Source: Bdellovibrionales bacterium
Lineage (GTDB): Bacteria; Bdellovibrionota; Bdellovibrionia; Bdellovibrionales; UBA840
Length of the DNA: 19,616 bases
Direction: 5' to 3'
Assembly: GCA_037969075.1 (NCBI GenBank)
Contig: JBBKWS010000199.1
Coordinates: 1 to 19,616, forward strand
The translations under genes and the position numbers were made by a program. Each line of letters opens with the position of its first letter. The stretch's first letter is position 1. The notes below the pieces were generated by a model. The model was not told the origin of the DNA. It saw only the letters and a list, made by a program, of their open reading frames with translations, and made no database searches. Positions 8,284-16,646 of this stretch are shown piece by piece.

Positions 8284-9816
8284 TTATTCCTCACTCGATT
8301 CGACTAACATATAACTTTGTACGTAAAATTGCTTTTCTTCAAGCGAGACTTGCAATTCATCTAAATAAAATGAATTTTTAAAGCTCTTTTGTAGGTATTC
8401 ACCCTCTTTAGCTGACACAGCATAGCTAAAAACCTCACTTTGCTGTGATTTGAAAAGCAAAATATAAGGTGCATCAACCTCTAGCAATGCTTTCAAAGTA
8501 TCACTAGACTTAAATAGCCTAACTCGATCTGCCCACTTATACCTTCTTCTTAAATTGAGGCTAGTGTACGTTTTCTCAAAAAATCCTTGCGGTTGGTTAA
8601 TAAATACTTCAGCTCGCACAGTATCTAGATCAAAATATTTCTCAAGCCTTGCACCAAGGTAATCACGATTCCCTCTATCGGAATCTAAAAAATTGCTTAT
8701 GCTTTCAATATCTAGTTGCTCAAAAGATTTCGGAATAACAGATATAATTCCCTCTTTTACTTGATCGTTATAATAACCTAAGCTAGGCGTCACGCTATAA
8801 CCTGTAGCAAATAATTCTTCAACTTTAGGCAGCTCATATTCATTTAATAAGGACTGATATGAATTAATAAAAGCATTTATATCTTTAGTGGTCGCAAATT
8901 CTTCGAAATGCCTTAAAAATATTTCTCGAACTTCTACGTCCATATTTTCTGCAAGTTCAAGTAGGCGCGATCCTAAATCCATAACCACCCAGTCATGTCT
9001 TTTTAAATTGAAATTTTTAAACTTTGCACCTTCTACAAGACTAGCCGCTACCTCTCTAACTCTGGTGATTAGATCTTCAATTTCAGCAACATGTAGGGCT
9101 GGCGATACCACTTTGTTCATGTACAAACTGTATGATTCAGAATTAAGCCTACCTAGTTGTGATAAACTATAGTGGTAAGCATCATCCGCTAAATCTAAAG
9201 AAAAGAGTGGCGCAGGCATTAATGATTGTTTTTTTATGGACTCTTCAATGGCAGCTAACTGTGTATTTAAAAAATCCCAGCCTAAGTCTAATAATTCTAA
9301 TCTCTTATCTGTAGATATAGCTGCCATTTTATCACAAGCCGCACAATATGACATAGGTGATTGGCTAAAAGCCTTGTGCTTCTCACATTTAAAACAATCC
9401 ATCTCATCCCAAAAATAATAAACTGTGACCGGAAGCACTTCGGCAGCCCATGCCGCTAGCGTGTGATACAAAAGACCTTGCTTGGGCTTCCATGCGTAAC
9501 CGACTAACTTATGGCAAAGCTCATGAGCCCCCCACTTAGAAGACTGGCCTGGATGAAAATTACACACCACTGAATCATGTCTAAACGACTGATATTTTAA
9601 CTCCGATAATACCCCCGCCTGCCAGTGCACCTCACCTTGTGCCGCTTGCAAATTAGGATCAAGCCAACCCTCAGGTACTGGCACGGGCCAACGGTACTCA
9701 TAATGGGCAAATAAGAATTCGTTGGAAGCCGCTAATGAGAATATACGCTTTGCCACCGAAGACCTATTATAGTCCCTAGGGTCTGCGCCCATGCTTATAA
9801 TTTGCTGATCATTCAT
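8284..9816 (-). CDS. Uncharacterised 510-aa protein with an HExxH motif and a Cys/His cluster
   Basis: Long ORF. H98-E-L-C-H102 followed by E126, and C141-x2-C144-x2-H147-x10-C158-x2-C161. Its stop directly abuts the M48 start (TAA-ATG). No family confidently recognised. Confidence 0.85.
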   Translation of the reverse strand: MNDQQIISMGADPRDYNRSSVAKRIFSLAASNEFLFAHYEYRWPVPVPEGWLDPNLQAAQGEVHWQAGVLSELKYQSFRHDSVVCNFHPGQSSKWGAHELCHKLVGYAWKPKQGLLYHTLAAWAAEVLPVTVYYFWDEMDCFKCEKHKAFSQSPMSYCAACDKMAAISTDKRLELLDLGWDFLNTQLAAIEESIKKQSLMPAPLFSLDLADDAYHYSLSQLGRLNSESYSLYMNKVVSPALHVAEIEDLITRVREVAASLVEGAKFKNFNLKRHDWVVMDLGSRLLELAENMDVEVREIFLRHFEEFATTKDINAFINSYQSLLNEYELPKVEELFATGYSVTPSLGYYNDQVKEGIISVIPKSFEQLDIESISNFLDSDRGNRDYLGARLEKYFDLDTVRAEVFINQPQGFFEKTYTSLNLRRRYKWADRVRLFKSSDTLKALLEVDAPYILLFKSQQSEVFSYAVSAKEGEYLQKSFKNSFYLDELQVSLEEKQFYVQSYMLVESSEE

Positions 9817-9822
9817 TGGTAC

Positions 9823-9851
9823 AATTTAATCCTGATTGATGCCTTAGGCAA
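9823..9851 (-). promoter_or_regulatory. Putative sigma-70 promoter for the HExxH-M48 unit
   Basis: Minus strand reads TTGCCT-N17-TAAATT-N6-ATG(9816). Confidence 0.55.
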
Positions 9852-9917
9852 GCACTGTACCTTTGTCTAATATGGATATTTTTCATGAATTGCAGCAAAG
9901 AACCGGTAAAATGAGTC

Positions 9918-10985
9918 ATGGCTAAAATACTAATAAAGTTAGGTTCCTCAGCAATCACCGATAATAACGGAATCTCTAAAGAAAAGTGTAAAAAAGTACT
10001 CGCTGATGTTGTCAGATTAAAAGAACAGAAGCATCAAATTATTATTGTTAGTTCCGGGGCCATTGCCACCGGAAAGCATTATATAAAAAACTACAATAAG
10101 AGCTTGATACACTCACAGCAGGCAGCCTCTTCGATTGGCCAACCACTACTTATGAATGAATACACGCATTTTTTTAATGCTAGTGGCATTGCGTGTGCAC
10201 AAATACTTTTGACTCATGAAGATTTCAAACGCAAGGCATCCTATTTTAACTGTCAGAAAACTCTACTTCATCTCTTAGATAATAATATTATTCCAATTAT
10301 TAACGAAAACGACGCAGTAAGTTTTGCAGAGATTACATTGGGGGACAATGATCAACTAGCAGGTCTCTTAGCCCTCATGTTAAACGTAGATACTTGCTTA
10401 TTCTTAACTGAGGCCGATGGCCTTTTAGATAAAGAGAGTAATACGATTCGGGAAATTTCTAGCGAAGAAAATTTTTCTTTTATTAAGTATCATAAAAAAA
10501 CTGCATCTGGCACTGGCGGCATACAACACAAATTAGAGGCTATTAGAAAAATCACAGATGCCGGAATTAGAGTGTGTCTAGGTTCATATACATCAAGTGA
10601 TCCTCTTATGCGTCTAATAGATGGCACAAGCGGGAGTCAGTTTGTGGCCACCCATGAGAAAAAGAGCTCTCGAGCGCAAAAAATCAGAAGCAGTGCAAAG
10701 GTTGGCTCTTATATTAAAATAGATGATGGAGCCGCAGGGGCACTAATAAAAAATGCCTCTCTGCTTCCATCTGGAGTTACGCAAGTTGTGGGTAATTTTC
10801 AGCGCGGTGATAGCATAGCCATAAGAAACCAAAAAGCAGTTATTGCCTACGGTGAAGTTGAATATTCGAGTAAAGAAATCTTAAAAATTAAAGGGAAAAA
10901 ATCAAATGATATCGCAGGTGTTTTAGGTTACCATCTAACGGATGTAATCATTCACAAGGATAATTTAGTAATGGTGAAAAAATGA
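9918..10985 (+). CDS. proB: Glutamate 5-kinase
   Basis: Motifs IKLGSS, IVSSGAIATG, QAASSIGQ, AQILLT, PIINENDAV, GDNDQLA and GTGG, with a C-terminal PUA domain (IDDGA...SLLPSGV...GNFQRGD...IHKDNLV). Confidence 0.96.
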   Translation: MAKILIKLGSSAITDNNGISKEKCKKVLADVVRLKEQKHQIIIVSSGAIATGKHYIKNYNKSLIHSQQAASSIGQPLLMNEYTHFFNASGIACAQILLTHEDFKRKASYFNCQKTLLHLLDNNIIPIINENDAVSFAEITLGDNDQLAGLLALMLNVDTCLFLTEADGLLDKESNTIREISSEENFSFIKYHKKTASGTGGIQHKLEAIRKITDAGIRVCLGSYTSSDPLMRLIDGTSGSQFVATHEKKSSRAQKIRSSAKVGSYIKIDDGAAGALIKNASLLPSGVTQVVGNFQRGDSIAIRNQKAVIAYGEVEYSSKEILKIKGKKSNDIAGVLGYHLTDVIIHKDNLVMVKK

Positions 10986-12217
10986 GTGTAACAAAAATTG
11001 CTGAAGCAGCCAAACTTTGTAGCCGAGAGCTTGTCGCCACTACCAGTGAAAATAGAAAACTTGCCTTACTAGCCATAGCTGAGGGACTAAAAAATCAAAA
11101 AAATGAAATCCTTATTATGAACCAAAAGGATTTATCAAGTGCCAATAAATTAAAACTAAGCGATGCCATAATAGATCGCCTAAAACTAACATCTGACAGA
11201 GTCGATGTAATGATTGATGCAGTGATTGCCATAGCAAAGCAAGACGAGGTTGTATTTCAAACCCTTGAAAAGATAACTCGAGATGATGGATTAATTATTA
11301 AAAAACAAAGCATCCCGTTAGGTGTAATAGGTATTATCTTTGAAAGTCGCCCAAATGTTATTATTGATTGCGCTGCTCTTTGCATTAAATCTGCAAATGT
11401 CGCCATTTTAAAAGGCGGGAAAGAAGCACAGCACAGCAACCAAATACTTGTACAAATTGTCCGCACGGCAATCAGACAGCATATACCCGTAGATACAATT
11501 CAACTTTTAAATACCAAAGAAGAAGCACAGGATTTATTAACACAAAAGAATCTAGTAGATGTTATTATCCCTAGAGGTGGAGAAAAACTAATTGAATATG
11601 TGATGGAACACTCTAAGGTTCCGGTGATTGCGCACTTCAAAGGCTTATGTCACCTATTTATAGATACTTCTGCTAATGAAGATGATGCTTATGAGGTAAT
11701 TATGAATGCCAAGTGTCAAAGACCCGGTGTTTGCAATGCAGTTGAAACATTAATATTACACCGTGACCTATCAAATAATTTTCTAAAAAAACTCAATGAA
11801 GGATTCACTGAAAATAAAATTGAAATGCGAGTTAGTCCATCCCTACGTGAGTTCTTTCCTTCATCAAAACCTGCTCACCCAGATGATTGGTCGACTGAAT
11901 ATTTAGATAAAATTATTTCGATCATTCAGGTAAAAGATATTTACGAGGCCATAGCCCATATTCAAACTTTTGGCACCAGACATACAGAGGCAATATGTAG
12001 CGAAAATAAACAAAACATAGAACTATTTTTAAATTCGGTAGACGCCTCATGTGTGATGGTAAATGCGTCGACCAGATTCAACGATGGCGGTCAGTTAGGA
12101 TTAGGAGCTGAGATTGGAATCTCAACCACAAAGCTCCATGCTTACGGCCCAATGGGAGCCAAACAACTAACCACATCGCGTTTTGTTGTTGTTGGTCACG
12201 GTCATATTAGATCTTAA
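10982..12217 (+). CDS. proA: Gamma-glutamyl phosphate reductase
   Basis: Motifs PLGVIGIIFESRPNV, LKGGKEA, IPRGGEKLI, RPGVCNAVETL and VNASTRFNDGGQLGLGAEIGISTTKLHAYGPMG; 4-nt overlap with proB. Confidence 0.97.
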   Translation: MSVTKIAEAAKLCSRELVATTSENRKLALLAIAEGLKNQKNEILIMNQKDLSSANKLKLSDAIIDRLKLTSDRVDVMIDAVIAIAKQDEVVFQTLEKITRDDGLIIKKQSIPLGVIGIIFESRPNVIIDCAALCIKSANVAILKGGKEAQHSNQILVQIVRTAIRQHIPVDTIQLLNTKEEAQDLLTQKNLVDVIIPRGGEKLIEYVMEHSKVPVIAHFKGLCHLFIDTSANEDDAYEVIMNAKCQRPGVCNAVETLILHRDLSNNFLKKLNEGFTENKIEMRVSPSLREFFPSSKPAHPDDWSTEYLDKIISIIQVKDIYEAIAHIQTFGTRHTEAICSENKQNIELFLNSVDASCVMVNASTRFNDGGQLGLGAEIGISTTKLHAYGPMGAKQLTTSRFVVVGHGHIRS

Positions 12218-12227
12218 CCCTATCCCC

Positions 12228-12256
12228 TTGCACTAAACTATAATTTTAGCTATTCT
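12228..12256 (+). promoter_or_regulatory. Putative sigma-70 promoter of the NYN gene
   Basis: TTGCAC(12228-33)-N17-TATTCT(12251-56), followed by an AAGGA Shine-Dalgarno-like site before ATG 12280. Confidence 0.55.
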
Positions 12257-12279
12257 CTATAAAAAGGAATTCATACATT

Positions 12280-12789
12280 ATGGATAAAACAATACGAATT
12301 GATCAAAGTGTCGCAATACTTGTAGACGGCAATAATATCGAAATCAGCATTCACGAAGTTACAAAAAATGATGCGGCCATGCTAAACTTTGACACCCTTA
12401 TCCCTAGATTACTCGACAATAGATCCTTAAATCGAATGGTCTATTTTAGAGAAGGTAAGCATATTTCTAATAAATTAGCTGAAAGACTTCATAACTTATT
12501 TCATGGCTCTGTTGTACCCTGCCATAAATCAGCTGATATTCCTTTAACGATTAAGGCGATGCAGTTAGCTAATAAAATTGACACCATTATAATTATGTCT
12601 GGTGACTCTGATTATGTAGAACTCGTACGGCATTTAAAGTTTGAAGGTGTAAGAGTTGAAATTGCGGCTGTAGAGACTACAACGGCTGCTATCTTAAGAG
12701 ATGAGGCTGATCACTTTCATGCATTAACAGACGAAGACTGGTTTATTTATACAAACAGTAAGCGTGGAACAGGAAACCGTAAGCGCTAA
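12280..12789 (+). CDS. NYN domain (LabA/DUF88, PIN-like) predicted nuclease
   Basis: Acidic motifs AILVDGNNI, KSADIPL and IIMSGDSDYVELV, plus GVRVEI and LRDEADHF. Confidence 0.92.
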   Translation: MDKTIRIDQSVAILVDGNNIEISIHEVTKNDAAMLNFDTLIPRLLDNRSLNRMVYFREGKHISNKLAERLHNLFHGSVVPCHKSADIPLTIKAMQLANKIDTIIIMSGDSDYVELVRHLKFEGVRVEIAAVETTTAAILRDEADHFHALTDEDWFIYTNSKRGTGNRKR

Positions 12790-14177
12790 CGGCAAACCAT
12801 TGACTTTATTTTATCAATCTTTTCATATAGAGGCTGCCAATTATCTTTAACACTAATAGCAGTCCAAATTCTTTCAATTTCTTCTATATATAAATTTTCA
12901 GAGGACTCTTTTAAAAAATAGGAGTCATTCACCTTGTTAGTTTCAATACACTTAAATCCTTTTAATAAATTATAAAACCGATTAAACACATCCCCCTTAT
13001 AAAAACCTTTTCTAGGACCTGTTAAAGCCTTATGCCCCCTTTGATCATAAGAAAACCAATCAAAAAAGAAATCCTCAAAAGGACATTTAGAATCTTCTAA
13101 AAATGTAAATGCGGATGAAAATAATTTATTGTTTTCTACGTGGTTTTCAGCCTGCAAAGAAAGCCTTGCCATAAAAATAGAAATTAGTTGATCTGAGAAT
13201 TTCTTTGAATAATTAGATATACCAACTAATAAATCTTCTCTCTCAATATCTAAAGTCGTAAAGCTAAGAAGTAATTGCTGCAAGTTCCAATAAATTACTT
13301 GCGGCTGCTTTCCATAGGCATAAAGTTGTTCATGGTCAAAGTAGGCTGCCGTAAACAAAGGATCGTAATACGGAAGAAATCTATAGGGGCCATAGTCAAA
13401 ACTCTCTCCTGTTATATTAATGTTATCGGTATTAAGTACGCCATGGACAAATCCTGCCATCATCCATTCAGCACATGTTTTTGCTGTTTCTGTAGCAACA
13501 AGAGACAAAAATAAAACAACATCATCTTTAAGATTACCACTGGTAGCAGCATTGGGGTAATACACCTCTAAGCAGTAGTATAATAATTTTTTTAGATTAT
13601 CTGTCTCATGCAAGTATGCAAGACGCTGAAAACTTCCAATGCGTATGTGTCCTTGATTTAACCTAACCAGTACAGCCGACCTTGTGGGCGATGGTTCGTC
13701 GTTTCGTTGTAAATTCTCACCAGTCTCAATGATAGAAAATGTTTTTGAGGTGTTTACCCTCTGGACTTCTAAATAGGTTGTGGCTAAAAGTTCACGAACT
13801 GCGCCTTTTAATGTAAGCTTTCCATCTCCTTGTCTTGAATAAGGAGTTGTCCCACTCCCTTTAGTCCCAAGATCATACCATTTATTTTTATGCTTTAATT
13901 GAGCAAATAAAAACCCTCTACCGTCTCCGATATTAGGGTTATAATGCATAAACTGATGGCCGTGGTACTTAAGCGCCAACGGCTTTTCTAAGTTATCAAC
14001 TAGTGGTTGAAATTTTCCAAAAACCTCTACCCAGCTAGCATCATCCATAGCAATTTCGAGTTTTTTTGCCCAATCTATATTTTGGTACCTAACTATGGAC
14101 TTTGGAAATGTAGCGGATTTTACCTCGCTGTAAAACTCACTTCCCAAGTTAAGAATTGGCTGTTTTGTTTTTAGCAT
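12786..14177 (-). CDS. selO: Protein adenylyltransferase SelO/YdiU family
   Basis: Motifs YHGHQF, GDGRG, GTKGSGTTPYSRQGDGK, HIRIGSFQ, GFVHGVLNTDN, GESFDYGPY and YAYGKQP...WNL. Confidence 0.94.
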   Translation of the reverse strand: MLKTKQPILNLGSEFYSEVKSATFPKSIVRYQNIDWAKKLEIAMDDASWVEVFGKFQPLVDNLEKPLALKYHGHQFMHYNPNIGDGRGFLFAQLKHKNKWYDLGTKGSGTTPYSRQGDGKLTLKGAVRELLATTYLEVQRVNTSKTFSIIETGENLQRNDEPSPTRSAVLVRLNQGHIRIGSFQRLAYLHETDNLKKLLYYCLEVYYPNAATSGNLKDDVVLFLSLVATETAKTCAEWMMAGFVHGVLNTDNINITGESFDYGPYRFLPYYDPLFTAAYFDHEQLYAYGKQPQVIYWNLQQLLLSFTTLDIEREDLLVGISNYSKKFSDQLISIFMARLSLQAENHVENNKLFSSAFTFLEDSKCPFEDFFFDWFSYDQRGHKALTGPRKGFYKGDVFNRFYNLLKGFKCIETNKVNDSYFLKESSENLYIEEIERIWTAISVKDNWQPLYEKIDKIKSMVCR

Positions 14178-14178
14178 T

Positions 14179-14832
14179 TTAGTCTTTAATAATTAAACGG
14201 TCCGACAATTCATTTTTATCATCATGTTGTCTTGGAAAGTGATCTGCTAATATATCGCCGCACTTTAAAATTGCATTAGCAAATGCAGCTTCAATTTCTT
14301 TTGTTTTACAACCAGATACCAATAGATCGCAAACTTCACTCCATGTACTAGCTGGCACTTTATCAGCTATTGCTTTATCTGCTAAAACTACGGCACGTCT
14401 TTCTAATAGTGATACAAATAGCAAAATCCCAGTAGCATCTTTAGTATTTCTTACGCCTGCCTCAAAAAATTCTACTTCGGCGCGCATTTCTACTTGGCTA
14501 GCCTGATCGGATGAGTTTGTTACTAGCCTTCTGATACAATCAAACCTTGAAAGCATAGCAGTCAAACCAACTGCTAAGACTAAATTAACTATGCACCAAA
14601 AATAATACATATCTAGATAAGCCATCTGCAGTGTCAGCAGATCAATAGCCAGAATGATAATAATTAAAATGCTCGCTACAATTAGTGGTACATGACCTAT
14701 AGTCGATGATTTTCTGACAAGGATCGGTATTATCTCGCCAGATGTTCTAAGCTCGGTTTTTTTAATGGCAGTGATAATAATATCTACTTTTTCTGGACGA
14801 ATATAATTTTTAGCCCAAACTGGAATCATCAT
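14179..14832 (-). CDS. TPM-domain (DUF477-like) membrane protein
   Basis: Motifs ELRTSGEI, two TM helices, TGILLFVSLLERRAVVLADKAI and HFPRQHDDKNELSD. Start moved from 14838 to ATG 14832, which overlaps the upstream stop (TAATG). Confidence 0.9.
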   Translation of the reverse strand: MMIPVWAKNYIRPEKVDIIITAIKKTELRTSGEIIPILVRKSSTIGHVPLIVASILIIIILAIDLLTLQMAYLDMYYFWCIVNLVLAVGLTAMLSRFDCIRRLVTNSSDQASQVEMRAEVEFFEAGVRNTKDATGILLFVSLLERRAVVLADKAIADKVPASTWSEVCDLLVSGCKTKEIEAAFANAILKCGDILADHFPRQHDDKNELSDRLIIKD

Positions 14833-15599
14833 TACCAACCTCCTGAGGCACCACCGCCGCTAAAACCGCCGCCGCCACCGCCGAATCCACCACTACTGCG
14901 ACCACCAAAACCACCGCCACCCCTACTACTACTGGCGCCCAATAGTAATGCCGTAAACAGAGCACTACGTGCGCCGCTGCCTCGACCTCTACCACCACCG
15001 CCAAATAAAAGCATTAGTATGAAGATAATAAAAAAGAAACCCGTAATGCCGTTTCCTTTGGGACGCTTCTGGTAGCTGTGATTATTTTTTAAAGAAAAAA
15101 TTGCTTCAACATCAATATTTGGATTCGATGCCTGTGCGATCTGAAACACCCCTAGTAAAATGCCTTCAGAAATATTACCTGCTTTAAACAGTGGGGTCAT
15201 TGCCTCCGAAATAATTCTCTTCGAGTACGCATCTGTCAGATCACCCTCTACGCCTTGGCCAACCTCGATACGCATTTGCCTTTCATCTCTAGAAATTAAA
15301 AGTAGAACTCCGTTATCTTTTTTTGCTGCTCCTAACTTCCACTTATCAACAACTTGAATGGATGCCTGCTCTATGGTTAATCCCTCTAAACTTTTAACAG
15401 TCAGTACAGCGATTTGCGTTCCACCTTGTTCTTTTAGTTTTCGTAAACTTGCATTCAGTTGATTTTTTACACCCAACGAAATCATACCAGCATAATCATT
15501 TACTGGGTTCTTAAGCGAAGGGACTACAAAATCATTCGCATATAAAGCACTACTAGCTAAAATAATTAGTGTGATAAAGAGACGTGATAACAAAAACAT
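14832..15599 (-). CDS. TPM-domain protein (YgcG-like) with Gly-rich tail
   Basis: Signal peptide, VNDYAGMI, WKLGAAKKDNGVLLLI, RIEVGQGVEGDLTD, one TM helix and the tail GGFGGGGGGFSGGGASGGW. Confidence 0.93.
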   Translation of the reverse strand: MFLLSRLFITLIILASSALYANDFVVPSLKNPVNDYAGMISLGVKNQLNASLRKLKEQGGTQIAVLTVKSLEGLTIEQASIQVVDKWKLGAAKKDNGVLLLISRDERQMRIEVGQGVEGDLTDAYSKRIISEAMTPLFKAGNISEGILLGVFQIAQASNPNIDVEAIFSLKNNHSYQKRPKGNGITGFFFIIFILMLLFGGGGRGRGSGARSALFTALLLGASSSRGGGGFGGRSSGGFGGGGGGFSGGGASGGW

Positions 15600-16183
15600 T
15601 AAAAATTAACTTCAGGTGCTTTTTCTACGTTTTCACCGGCGTCTACTGTCCATTGTGGCATCTTTTCGTGTTTATAAAATAAACTGTTTGTCCAACTTTG
15701 AGGAGGCACAGTAACTAAATTATTAAACATCTTAATAGACTCAATATAACGATTTCTCGCAACAGTGATTCTATTCTCTGTTCCCTCTAATTGCGCTTGC
15801 AGCTCGCGAAAGTTTCGATCTGCCTTTAAATCAGGGTATTTTTCAACAACAACCATCAATTTTGATAGTGCCTGTGTTAAGCTACCTTGTGCGGCTTGAA
15901 AATTTTTAATTTGATCTGCATTTAATTTACTAGCATCGATACTTGTACTGGTTGCCTTAGCTCTTGCTTCAACCACAGCCTGCAAGGTTTGACTTTCATG
16001 TTTTGCATAGCCTTTAACAGTACTGACTAAACTAGGTATTAAGTCTGCTCGACGCTTATATTGATTAGTAACTTCTGCCATTGATGCTTCCACATCATTT
16101 TTACTTTGCGGAATTGATTGGACGCCGCAGCCTATGTTTAAAATCACCCCTAAAAGTAAAATAATTCGAATTAGATTTCGCAT
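15599..16183 (-). CDS. lemA: LemA family protein (probable lipoprotein)
   Basis: Motifs QYKRRADLIPSLV, VKGYAKHE and VEKYPDLKA..NFRELQAQLEGTENRITVAR. Lipobox-like NIGC; AAGGAG RBS at 16193-16198. Forms the usual lemA-TPM-TPM operon. Confidence 0.96.
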   Translation of the reverse strand: MRNLIRIILLLGVILNIGCGVQSIPQSKNDVEASMAEVTNQYKRRADLIPSLVSTVKGYAKHESQTLQAVVEARAKATSTSIDASKLNADQIKNFQAAQGSLTQALSKLMVVVEKYPDLKADRNFRELQAQLEGTENRITVARNRYIESIKMFNNLVTVPPQSWTNSLFYKHEKMPQWTVDAGENVEKAPEVNF

Positions 16184-16285
16184 ACTGAATTGCTCCTTTA
16201 ATTATGGCCGTAATATAACAAAGAACTTAGTGAGGGGCTAGCGAAGTCTGATTGCAAAATATCTAAAAATTATATCTAATCAATT

Positions 16286-16534
16286 GTGGCTTATTTCATA
16301 CTATTGTTTTCGCTTAATTATGCTCATCAAGTAGGAATATAAGCATGGTGTATAGCTTATAGCCCTGCTCATAAAGTCTGCCTATATAAAACTGAAGCTA
16401 TTTGTAAAAATATATTGGCGAGTATCAAAGATTTTGAAGTTCACCAGTTGTTAAATCCTAATGAACAACTACCTCTTCATTTCGAAAAACAATGCGAAAA
16501 AATCAATTTTGATTTAAATAAGTCACCAATCTAG
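16286..16534 (+). pseudogene. Possible interrupted small secreted Cys-containing protein (in-frame TAA at 16340-16342)
   Basis: GTG-start frame reads VAYFILLFSLNYAHQVGI*AWCIAYSPAHKVCLYKTEAICKNILASIKDFEVHQLLNPNEQLPLHFEKQCEKINFDLNKSPI*: a signal-like N-terminus, one stop, then 63 open codons with 4 Cys and no in-frame ATG. Confidence 0.5.
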
Positions 16535-16646
16535 AATAGAAGTAATAGTTTACATAACAAAGCCTTATAATGCTCTAGAAAGATTACCATGCAGAGGATT
16601 TCACCTGGTATTTTTACTCTCACTACCATAGCTTTCTATTGGGGAC

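Noticed and set aside
12786..12800. Possible selenocysteine recoding at the SelO C-terminus (MVCR-stop)
   Set aside because: The stop is TAG rather than TGA, and the downstream sequence is the antisense of the NYN gene.
14835..15005. GC-rich CCA/CCG-repetitive stretch
   Set aside because: Explained by the Gly-rich tail of the TPM protein; not CRISPR, an RNA gene or a mobile element.
3696..15357. Short antisense or alternative-frame ORFs (3696-4019, 4272-4484, 4373-4567, 4729-4944, 5694-5885, 7515-7799, 8888-9172, 9236-9418, 11257-11466, 13275-13514, 14810-15004, 15160-15357)
   Set aside because: All lie within well-supported genes and have no recognisable motifs; they are shadow ORFs.
14179..16183. 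lemA-TPM-TPM cluster as a novel system
   Set aside because: It is a widespread, already recognised conserved operon, although its function is poorly defined.
16345..16362. AGGA-preceded ATG in the lemA-amidohydrolase gap
   Set aside because: It encodes only MVYSL before a stop; no support as a gene.
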